From: the human T2T-CHM13v2.0 reference genome, Homo sapiens
Reading direction: 5' to 3' (one strand)
Assembly (NCBI RefSeq): GCF_009914755.1
Contig: NC_060934.1
Length of the DNA: 64,000 nt
Shown: in pieces, positions 41,601 to 52,189 of the stretch
Position numbering within the stretch: the stretch's first letter is position 1
Layout of the letters: every line of letters starts with the position of its first letter
Position numbers and translations under genes: made by a program
Notes under the pieces: model-generated
What the model was told of the DNA's origin: nothing
Database searches by the model: none
Seen by the model: the letters and a program-made list of their open reading frames with translations, nothing else

Positions 41601-43169
41601 TGGGAAGGGAGGGAGGTTATGAGTGGAGAAGAAGCAAGAAAATGCTTCACAGGCCTGAAAGCCCCAGACAGCGGGTGGTACGTGGAAGGCCTAAGTCTCC
41701 ACCACGCATGGGGTGACATCACCTCCGTGAACTGCAGGAATGGGAGAGGGAAGGGACTGGGGCTTCAATGTGAAATTACAGTTCTTCATTCCACACAAAG
41801 ACATGTGTTCCAAATTAACATCACTGTTTCCTAAGAAGCGTGAAGATGCAAACCAGGTATCTCCTCATGGGTTGGGGCTGGTGTTCAGTCAAGATGGACA
41901 GCCACTACGGGCCTTGCTCTCCTCCCTTGAGTCCACGGCCCTCCCTGGAAAGCCCCCTGTGGGAGGTGCAGATGCAGGACAGGAGAGGGGTCAGTCACCG
42001 TTGCAGACGCCCATGCTCTCCGGCATCAGTAGACACATTTCAAAGACTGAATCTCAACCCTGCCATGGCAGAGGGGAGGTCACGCTATCAGGAAGGTCTG
42101 TACCTTTTTCTGGTCTAATGAAGTGTAAGACGACAGAATTTACACAACCAGGAGAGAGACCAGAAGGGCCCGGCAAGTCTCATCACCCACATGCTGGATT
42201 TGTCTCCAGCTCCTGGAGCCATTGGGAGGGGCCATATGTTCTGCATTTCACCGGCTCTTGCAGTGAAATATTTGCTATCTGGTTTGTGGACGCAAAATGT
42301 GCAACCAGGGCCAGTGTAGCCTTTAGCTCGTGTGAATCCTGCAGCTTCTGTTTCTGGGCCTGAAGACAGAGATCCAGCACCTCCCCTGCTGCTCCTACCC
42401 AGCTGTGGGTGCCGGGGATCTCTGCCTGCACCTCTGGATGAGGCTGAGTGCCTGGCACGCATCCTTGCAAAGCAAATGAACAACCATTACAAACAGACTC
42501 AGTTTTCATCTCAAGGTAGGTCTGTGCTTAAACCTGACAATATGCTCTTTCCATTTTATTTTTCTTTAAACCCCACCAAATTTCATGTGTATTTATGAAT
42601 ATACTGTTACTGCCAAATTCCTGGCACTTTATTCATATTAGAAACTCCCAGCTGTGGTGAGAAAAGAGGAGAACATTTTTCAAGAGGGGAAGAAATGACT
42701 TTTCCCAGTATATCAGAAATATGTCCCATTTTATTACCACTATCTGATATCAAAGAGTAAGGAAGGTAGGCTTGAGCAGAAGGCCTGTAGATTCCAGAAA
42801 TTTCTTTCAGGGCATCTGTGTCTTTTTATGGTGAGCTTTGTGCTTTTGGGGCCCTAGGAATAAGGAATTTAAGTTATGTAGTCAAGTCCTCAGTCTCACT
42901 TTAAAACTACCTGCTTACCAGGTTGAAGACCCCAATAAGTTTAGACTAACCACCTGAATGAAGGTTTCGTTTGGGGCAATTATCTAGATGATTCAGTAAA
43001 GTGTAAGAAAAAGTGATTTCAAAGCCTTGGACAATGACAGGAGGATGAGGCAACCCAGCCCTGCTGAAAACTTATCCACCTAATCACCATCGAGATCAGC
43101 GGGCCTGACCATCCCGCTGAAATGGCCGGTGTTCATTTCAAGTCATGCCAACAATCATATCTGCTTGCA

Positions 43170-43235
43170 GTGCATGAGTCATTTTAGGCATAACGGCCAC
43201 CAGCCAATTTCAACGACTACCCATGACTCAGCCAT
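43170..43235. promoter_or_regulatory. Paired AP-1 sites (candidate enhancer)
   Basis: TGAGTCA 43175-43181 and TGACTCA 43224-43230 (followed by GC, ARE-like) in unique sequence. Confidence 0.35.
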
Positions 43236-44219
43236 ATTGTCAAGTTCGCAGCCCCTCCTGGCCTCCAGCTAATGCGTTGGGATTCTACCGCAGAAACGCT
43301 CCCATAAACCTCTGCTCATCAAGTGTCATCAGCCCCATGCATCATGTGACCCTGTCTGTGGGAAGCTGCTGCTGCTTCCCAGAGTGTGTCTCGGACCGTC
43401 TTACACATCTAAACAAAACCAGGTTTTCATTTTTAGACTTCAGTGAGTTATTTTACTAAATCAGAGAAAAATAAACATTTAGAATTACAAATGGAATACA
43501 TATAAAGTTTCTGTACATGTCAGTAATATTCCCTGATAATGAAAGAATAAGGATGCATTCTTTTAAAATAAGTCATCCTATCCCTGTCTCTCTAGCTAAT
43601 TGAGATTGTGCATGACCTTGAGAAAGGCATTAAGGTTTGTTCTATTAACAAACATAGACAGTGTGCACCTGATCAAAGCAATGCTTTTTGGTCAAATGAT
43701 TGACTAACAAAAACAAAAGCCCACTGGCACAAAATACAGGCACTCAATGGGGTCTTCCACACGCACCATGATCTATGTATATAGTCCATCAACAGAAGGA
43801 AGGACAGTGACTTACACACTAGTTACCAGACAATTACCACCTACGAGATGCTCTTTAATATTCACTGTTCTATTAATTAGAATATTCTATGAATTGGTAT
43901 TTCCATGCAGGGTCTGACCTGGGCCACATAATGAGGTGGAACAGGTGCAAGCTGTTAAGGTTGGCAAGAAGTGCAGCTCACACGGGGACTGGATGGTCTG
44001 AGGGCACTAGGAGGGAGCAGGAAGGACTCCAGACTTCCTAGGTCTTCAGTTAACTCAATGGTTTTTGTCTTTGAAAATGGAGTAACAGATTAATAACCAT
44101 GACATTGATCCCCAAACACGATCAGATGCCTTCAAGTATGGTCTCAAGGCTCAGGAAGTTTATGCTCTAATTATGAAAATGAAATTGAACAGTAACCAAC
44201 ACCAATAAAAGCAGGAGCA

Positions 44220-44465
44220 TTTGGAGGTTAAAAACCAGAATTTTGGAGTCAGAAAAATCAGCACGACTCCTGTCTCCATCTCCCACTACTTGGTGAGATC
44301 TTGGGCAAGGGATTTGCCTCCCTCAGCCTCAGCATCTTAATCGACAACACCACGATATAATGGTTCCCACACTGTGGAGCTGCCGTGGGGTGCCAATAAG
44401 ATAATGTGTGCAAAGAGCTCAGTTACGGTGCCCAGTGAACTCTCCAGGAACGTTAGCTATTTATG
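44220..44465 (+). mobile_element. MIR, near full length
   Basis: TTTGGAGTCAGA...GATCTTGGGCAAG...CAGCCTCAGC...GATAATGTGTGCAAAG...GTTAGCTATT. Confidence 0.7.
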
Positions 44466-44937
44466 GCAAGAGCAACATCAGCAGCAACAAAGCACCAGAT
44501 GAGAAGCTCTAAATGGTTCAGAATGTTCAAAGGAGAGAGGATTCTCAATAGGTTGGAGTCTCCAAGACTCTAGAGAAAGAGCCCAGGATGTGGTTTGAGA
44601 TGGACGTTGGAGAGTTGTTAGGACTTAGATTTTGTGTACGTGATGGGGGCAGGGTGGTGGTGGTGGTTAAATCAAAGCAACAGAGATGCTGTAAGCAAAG
44701 GCACAGATATTGTAAATGGCACATGGAATGTTCTAGAAACAGTAGACCAGTCTGGGCAGGGCATAAATTTCTCATATGGGAGGTAATAGGACGTGATCCT
44801 AGAAAGGTGGGGTTGTCCAGGCTGGAAAAGAGTATGAGCATCAGGCTAAAGTAGTCAGAATTTCTTCCACAGGCCAAATGGTTATTGAACAACGGAGTGA
44901 GAAAAAGGGATCATTTGAGAAAGGATAACATGATGTG

Positions 44938-45440
44938 TGCCGTGGGTTGAACCGTCCTTCCAAAAAGATACGTTTAACTCCTACTTCCCGGCACCTGTGA
45001 TGGTGACTTTATTTAAAAATAGGTTCTTTGCAGACGTAACCAAGCTAAGTTGAGGTCATACTGGAGTAGTGTGGGCCTTACAAGGAGAGGGAAATTTGAA
45101 CACAGGCACGCAGAGAGGAGGCTGCCATGAGACGAAACAGAGATACAGAAGAGAAACAGGGGAAAAGGCCAAGTGACAAGGGAGGCAGAGACTGGAGTGT
45201 TGTTGCCACGAGCCAAAAACGCCAGGGAACCCCAGGCAAGCACCAGAAGCTGGAAGAGGCGAGGAAGGGTTCCTCCCAGAGCCTTGGGAGGGAACGTGGC
45301 CCTGCCAGAAGTCACAAGTCCTGGATTTAGGATTTCTGCCTTCCAGAGCTGCGAGAGACCGAGTTTCTGTTGTTTGAAGCCACTCAGTTTGTGGTGCTTC
45401 ATTACAGCAGCCCTGGGAGATGGGGAACTGGCAATGTACA
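44938..45440 (+). mobile_element. MLT1C-like solo LTR (ERVL-MaLR)
   Basis: TGGGTTGAA...CCAAAAAGATACG...AATAGGTTCTTTGCAGACGTAA...CACCAGAAGCTGGAAGAGGC...TTTCTGTTGTTTGAAGCCACTCAGTTTGTGG. Confidence 0.88.
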
Positions 45441-47711
45441 GGGAAGACATGATGTAGTCACCAGATGAGAGAGTGGTGGTGACAAGGAACAGAGCTGAGA
45501 AGCCATTCTTAGAGTGGATCAAAGACCTGGAGATACAACGGTGAAATGAAGAAAGAAAAAGGGAAGTGGTAAGAACCCAGAGAACCGAGGTGCTCCCATT
45601 GATAGAAAGAAAGACCAGGCAGAAACAAAAACAGAGAGGTGTTGGCTCTGAGCAAGACCTTCTACCTCGAGCAGAGAGGCCTGCCCCAGAGAGAGGCAGC
45701 AGGCTAGTTCAGCAGCGTTGTCGTTCACAGAAAGAACGTCCAGGGAAAGAATGGGCGGGCCTTCTTTTTGCAAGGTCAGAGCTCGTCCAGTGGAAAGGCT
45801 CTGGGGCTGCAACGCACAGGATGTACAGCACCAGTGCCAGGCCTCCTTGTCCACTTCCATTCACTCTTGTCTTAATGCCTTGGCAATTAAAACTTCCAAA
45901 CATCTCAGTCGATTCTTCTTCCACTGTGGCTGGAGATCCACCCCATGTGGGGAAGTTCTACTCCGAAACTTATTCCCATGGGTTTCTAGCTATTAGTACC
46001 TGTGGAAAACTTTTGCTTTATTTCAAGATCTTTAGAAAAATAAACAGGGCATACCATAATTGTTGGTTAATTTGTTTTCAGTTAATTGATTCCAGATTTC
46101 AGCCTTTCTGACTATTACCACTTTTACCTTTTTCAGCCTATCCTTAAGTTCACTGAACTGTAATTTTGTATAAATTTAATGACTATCCAATGACATTACG
46201 AAGTCTGAAAATCTTGCTTTTGTATCTTGAGGTGTCCTACCCTGTAATCCGAGGGTTTGAAAAACCCCAAAATGCTCTACTACTTCTCTCTCTCTCTCTC
46301 TCTCTCTTTAACCAGAAGAAGATAAAGGTCACTCTGCAGTCAGAATAATTGCTGCAGTGGATTGAAGATATTTTTAAAAACTTTCTCTCAAAATTACAGA
46401 TTTAAGATGACAACGAAAGTAAAATTGCAGTTGAACTCCAAAGCAAAACCTTCAACTAAAAATACAAACTACTCACAACGTACAATTTTGCCGGGGCCAA
46501 GAGGCAAAAGAGCTTCATATCAACAGAATTCTCATAATCTCTGAGTGTCTACAGAACTCAAGTGGCTTCAAGTTGTATAAAGTCCCCAAATCACTGCAGG
46601 TTCGCAGACGTACGTGTCTCTGAAATGCTCTAACATTTTTCCGAAGGTCAAAGTGAGACTCGATCTTTAAACCACCGAAAGAAAAAAATGTCTCCTTTCA
46701 AGACTTTTTATTTCACATTGAAATTAAAAATTAAAATTAAAAAGTTTCACATTGTTGCAGATAGTAGAATACAGGGGAAATTGTGTACAAAGTTCCATAC
46801 TGGCTCCTTTTAACTGGACATCTTTTGTGAAAGTTCAGGTGCCCAACTAGTTGTCATCAGCGAAGGAGTAAGGAAGGAAGAATGAATTATGGAGACAGCG
46901 ATGGTCAGGTTTTTAATTCAGTAAAAACCACAAAAAACCTTTATTTCTAAACTGAAAGTTTCTTACCTTAATAACTAATCAGAGTGTACATTTTATTTAA
47001 TCTATAGGGATTGTAGTAGTAATTTCCTATAAGAAACTAGAAAGTATTCTTTATTTGACATGCATATTAATATGTCATATGCCTTCCTACCAACACCTAT
47101 TGGAAAGAATTATAGTCTGAAGGAGAAGAAATAGCTTGGTTCAGTTGTTACTAAAATCATATTTAAGGTAAATATTGCAACAGACGTTTTATTTTATAAA
47201 AAGCAAGTATAGTGAAATTCCTGTGTGGAATGGAGGTGCTTCAGCCAAGAAAAATTATGTTTTACACATTTCAGACGTTCTTTTTGAATAAATATAGAAG
47301 CATAAACACGCAGAAATACAGAAGTCAGGAAGAAAAATGATTTGGGCATAAACTCTATCAAAGCATCAAATACCATTTTACTGAAGAGCTGTTCAATTTT
47401 TAGATAAGAAATCATGTTTCACAAACATACCCTAAATACCCTTTGCTTATCTGACAGGATCTGATCAAATATCTTTTGAGGTAAAATTTTCCTTCCTACT
47501 CCCACAAATTCTTCAGAAACTGCTTAGCAGAACTATTTAAAAAAATAAGTTTCATAACTTTGGGCAATGTGAGAGTGTGACCCACAGAGACTGTGCTATG
47601 GCCCAGTTCTGTGTTGGGAGTGTGGCTGCCTGTGATGGACTTCACCCTCTGTGGTGGACTTCACTCTCTGTGGTAGATGTATTCTTGGAGAAATCAAGCA
47701 AATCAGAGTGA

Positions 47712-47746
47712 GTGCGCGCGCGCGCGTGTGTGTGTGTGTGTGTGTG
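47712..47746. repeat. (CG)6(TG)10 alternating purine-pyrimidine tract
   Basis: GTG, then (CG)6 at 47715-47726, then (TG)10 at 47727-47746, read directly. Confidence 0.95.
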
Positions 47747-47849
47747 AACCAAACTAAGTCATCTTTTCAATGTCCCCAGAAGTTCACCCAGGAGTTGAAG
47801 GAATTCTGCAACAAATTATTCACAGTAGGAGCTGCCAATGCAAGGCTGC

Positions 47850-48300
47850 CAGTGGCGAATGCTTTGGCTGCTGAACCCCCAGCTCCTATCTCCAGCCCCT
47901 GGTTCCTCATGGAGAAGCCACCTCCTACTTCAGAGGCTAGAAATGGAAATCTCCCCACCCCTGGCAGCCAGCTCCAGTCAGTGGATCTGCTGGGAAACTT
48001 TCTAGAAACATTTTCTTCCCTAACAAGAAGCGTAATACAAGGGAGGAAACATGGCTTCCCTTTCCCCTCCATTAGACATTGTTGGGTGAAGATGTGATGC
48101 TTGGAACTGGAGCTTTCCATCACCTGTGACTAGGAGAAAGCCCAGAGAATTGCAGAAAGGCTGGCCCAGGATGCAGGTGCTGTCAGCTGCTAAATTAGCC
48201 TCACCTAGCAGTGCCACCTCTGGGTGACTGTGTTTGTGAGACAATAAGCTCCTCATTGCTGAGTCACTCTGGGTCAGGTATTCTGTTACTCACATGGAAC
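47850..48300 (+). mobile_element. Old ERVL/MaLR LTR (MLT1K/L-like)
   Basis: GATGTGATGCTTGGAACTG...GAGAATTGCAGA...CCACCTCTGG...GTGAGACAATAAG...GGTCAGGTATTCTGTTACT. Confidence 0.6.
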
Positions 48301-48399
48301 AGAAAGCAGATTCCCGCTTCATGCCCTTTCTTCAGGGCATTTTCCTCTGGGAAATCCCTCTCATCCCTCAACGTTTAGTCTATGAGTAACTCAAGAGAC

Positions 48400-48543
48400 C
48401 GCAAATGAAAATGTGGCACCTTTGTTCATAAATTGTTAAGAATTTAAAGACGGTGATAGCAGAGCATTAAACCAACCATGGGCCCTTCTAGCTGTGAGGC
48501 CTTGTGTGACCACTCGGACTGCACATTCATGAAGGTGGCCCTA
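48400..48543 (-). mobile_element. MER45A (hAT-Tip100)
   Basis: GCAAATGAAAATGTGG...TTAAGAATTTAAAGACGGTGATAGCAGAGCATTAAACCAA...CATGAAGGTGGCCCT matches the reverse of the recalled MER45A consensus. Confidence 0.75.
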
Positions 48544-48569
48544 TTTACGGGCTTATCTTACCTACCAAA

Positions 48570-48666
48570 TGGGTAGCACATTTTTTCTGTAAAAGGCCAG
48601 ATCATAAATATTACAGGCTTTCCAGGCCTCACAGTCTTTGTCACAACTACCCAACTCTGCGCTATT
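48570..48666 (-). mobile_element. MER58A fragment
   Basis: TTTTTCTGTAAAAGGCCAGATCATAAATATT...CACAACTACCCAACTCTGC. Confidence 0.75.
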
Positions 48667-48689
48667 CTAAGTAGATTAGATAGGTTGGA

Positions 48690-49110
48690 ACCCACCCACA
48701 GTCACAAGAATGGGCATGAGAACCACGTTTGCCAAGAGTAACCCCAGGTTCTTGGCCAGGGTGGATTGGCTCGGGGATAGGCACCTGACGGAAGCCAGGC
48801 CATTTGGACACCACCAAGTCTTTCCAGAAGGTACTTGGGAAAGATGGTACCTTTCCCCTGGAGTTCCATAGCTAATACTGTGTGATCTGTGGATGCCAAT
48901 GGCTTTTGTCATACAGCATAGCAGGAGAGCCTGACCAAGAGACAACCAGAGAGCCAGAGCCATGATGACACTCTGAGCCCCTGGATCAGGCCACACCTGA
49001 AGCAGGTTGTACCTTGCTTCCCAGTTATGTGGCACAAAATCTCTTTACCTTTTCTTTTAGCAGTTTGAGTTGGTTTTCTGTCACTTAAAACCAAAAGAAT
49101 TCTGAAAGTA
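48690..49110 (+). mobile_element. ERVL LTR (LTR33/LTR16-like)
   Basis: GAGCCCCTGGATCAGGCCACACCTGAAGC...CAGTTTGAGTTGGTTTTCTGTCACTTAAAACCAAAAGAATTCTGA. Confidence 0.65.
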
Positions 49111-50566
49111 TGTTTAAAAAAAAAAAACAACCAACCCTGTGTACTTTAGGCCAACTTCACTCCTCTTAAGTTAGAATAGCTGAATCACTGGAATACACTT
49201 TATATAAGATGGCAAAAGTCTTAATTTAATGTCAGCAAGAGTTGTAAAACCTAAAATGAAAAATCTCCCAAATCCACTGGCTTGTTACCATTTCTTGAAG
49301 CTCAACTCAGCCCATGCCAGCTCAGGATCTGTATATTTCTTAAACCTGATCTGTCTGTCACATAGAATATCCTTCTGAAAGGGATAGGCTTCCACAGGAC
49401 AAGTGAATGCTTAGCATCAGGTGGCTGAAATATGCACTCATTGCAGTTTCCAAAAGTAAAGACAAAACCCAGGCTAAGATATAGAATCTTATCTCAAATT
49501 TTGCAGACTTCTTGTATCTCTGCCCTTCCATTACTCATGACTCTTTAGTTCCAGATGATGTATAACATGTTACTGTCTGTGAAAGACTGATCGGTATATC
49601 CTGGAGATTTTTCTTTTTATTGTTTTTCAGTTGATATCTTTTTAAATTTGAGTTAGTCTGGTCATATGATTTATTTTATAGACAAAACATCACTGGTATC
49701 TGAATAAATTCTAATAATGCACACTAGTACATACACTCAACCACATAAAAAATAACACATCATAGTCTAAAAATCTTGGTGGGAAGGCTATTATCTGGCC
49801 TGCTTAGCTAGACTTTATGTGTCTGGAAAAATGTCCAATTTTTTTTCTAGCACCTAAACAAATTATCTTGTGTATAGCAAAGCTGGGTCTAACCTGAACT
49901 CAAATAACTAGACCACAAAACCCTCTGATGTTGTTTTGCTGTTAAGCTTTCTTTATTCAGGAGAAACACATTGTAAGAAAACAATTGCAAGGCAAAGCAA
50001 CTAGTCTATAGAACTACCACATGGACATGAATCTTTCTGACCCTTTCTAAAAGTACTTGCCCTACACACCAGAAATTCTGACTCTGAGAGGCTTCAAGTT
50101 CCTAAATCCCAAAACGATAGACGATTAAAGTATACTCAGGTGGGACACTATCCTGCTTAGTCTAGGGAGACAGATGAATCAATTTTGAAAATATTTTCAA
50201 ACACAAGCGTCAAAGTAAAAGAGGTGACTCCTCGGCACTCAAGCAGGGAATTAAGTTAATCATAATATCCCATGAGCAAAGAGAAACCCCCAGTCTGCTG
50301 CCTCTAGAATGCGTGTATTCATATCCAACACTGACAAACACAACACATCTCACTCAAAAAGTACATCGTTTTCTATTACGGGATGTTTATCTGTATCTGC
50401 TAAGACCAAACACCAGGCAATTATAAGATTACGTGGCTGGCAAGTACCAACATTTCAAGAAAGAAACATGCAAGAATCATGCTCTGAGTTCTAAGTATGT
50501 TGCAGTAGGAGGGTCTTCTTTCTCCTGAAGGCTTTGCAGTTCTCTGCAGGCAGGGAGGAAGGAAAG

Positions 50567-50934
50567 TGATACGGTTTGGCTGTGTCCCCACCCAAATGTC
50601 ATCTTGAGTTGTAGCTCCCTGAATTCCCATGTGTTGTGCGGGGGGGGGGGGGGAGCCAGTGGGAGGTAATTGAATCATGGGGGCAGATCTTTCCCTTTCT
50701 GTTCTCCTGATAGTGAATAAGTCTCACAAGATCTGATGGTTTTATAAAGGGGAGTTTCCCTGCACAAGCTCTCTTTTCTCTCGTCTGCTGCCATGTGAGA
50801 TGTGCCTTTCACCGTCCGCCATGATTGTGTGGCCTCCCCAGCCATGTGGAACTGAGTCTATTAAACCTCTTTCTTTTGTAAATTGTCCAGTCTTGGGTAT
50901 GTCTTTATTAGCAGCATGAAAACGGACTAACACA
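50567..50934 (+). mobile_element. THE1B-like solo LTR
   Basis: TGATACGGTTTGGCTGTGTCCCCACCCAAAT...GAAAACGGACTAACACA; TATAAA 50743-50748; ATTAAA 50860-50865; 5-bp TSD GAAAG at 50562-50566 and 50935-50939. Confidence 0.95.
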
Positions 50935-51972
50935 GAAAGCAAGGATAAAGAACATAAACTAGAAGTCACCTCAGATGAACATCTTGAGATCACAGATGAG
51001 AAAGCTTGGGGGAAACAATGGAATGGGGAGACAGGACACAGAAAAGGGAAAGGGGTTTACTGTGCCTCATTGGCAGAATGCAATGGCTCCCAACATATTG
51101 GTAGAGTTGCCACACTTTTGATTTCATCACTAAGAAATGATCATGCATTGGGATCTTTTCTTATAATCTTAGCTAAGTTATAGTGCAAATTACGCAAGCT
51201 ATTATAATTAAGGTCTGATATTTTATGTGAAAGCACATTAAAATGATTTAAGAGAACATTCTCAAAGAGTGCTCATGATACATCTGTGCAATTCCAATGT
51301 TATTTTCTCAGTTTTGAAATGCTATTGGTATTGAAGACTCTGCCCAGGACCTTGTCTGTTACTAATAAGCTCAATATAAAATACGATTGCTTCTGCTCCA
51401 ATTATACTGACTCATATAGCAATTGGTTACTAAGATATAATTGCTTTTGTGGCTAACATTTTTGTAAAACTTTCAAAGTTTATATTATTTGAGATTACTT
51501 ACTGATACTAAGAAGATTACAGCTGCTGTTATTTATTTAAATGGTTGCTCGAACACCAATATTCTTCCAGATTCTTGTTTCACTCATCTCTTTATCATCA
51601 TCTCTCAGGAATTAGAGATTCAATTCCAGGATATATTGTTGATAAGATTACAAAAATATACAGAAACCCTTACATGTTTCAATATGAAAAACACTAAAAG
51701 GAAAAATAGTAGACAGCCAGCCTTGCAAGGAACAACATATTTCAATGATTTCTGTAATTTTTTTCTGATAATGTACATTTTAAATAAAGAAAGTTATTAT
51801 TCACAGAATTAGATTTTATGTAGGGGATTATATCCATTTTCAAACTCTGTTTCTTGATGTGGGATTTATGCTGCTCTGATAAAGGAAATACTTCTATCAG
51901 CTGACTGAGATAAGGGAAAGAATTCCCTGGGAGATTTAAAGAAGCCACCATAAAAGGTTCTTAATTTTAAAT

Positions 51973-52189
51973 CAGTGGTTCTTAATGGAGCGTAGGGTGA
52001 TTTTGTGCCCCACCCCAGGGGACACTGGCAATATCTGCAGATACTTTTGGTTGTCACAATCAGGGGAGCAGACTGTGGGCAGAGGACAGGGATGCTGCCA
52101 AACATCCTACAATGCCCAGTGCAGCCCCCAGCAACAAAGAATTATCCCCTCCTCTGCAAGAGTCAATAGGGCTGAGGGTAAGAAACCTG
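51973..52189 (+). mobile_element. MER20 (hAT-Charlie)
   Basis: CAGTGGTTCTTAA...GGGGACACTGGCAATATCTG...GGGATGCTGCCAAACATCCTACAATG...AGAAACCTG. Confidence 0.88.

Noticed and set aside
40801-42598. Cluster of 100-207 aa ORFs
   Set aside because: Partly over degenerate L2; no domain similarity; overlapping ORFs on both strands are typical of GC-moderate non-coding DNA.
45667-45999. Possible minus-strand exon (TTTTCCACAG| ... GAG|GTAGAA) and the 181-aa + ORF
   Set aside because: Short pyrimidine tract with upstream AGs, weak donor, and no recognisable product.
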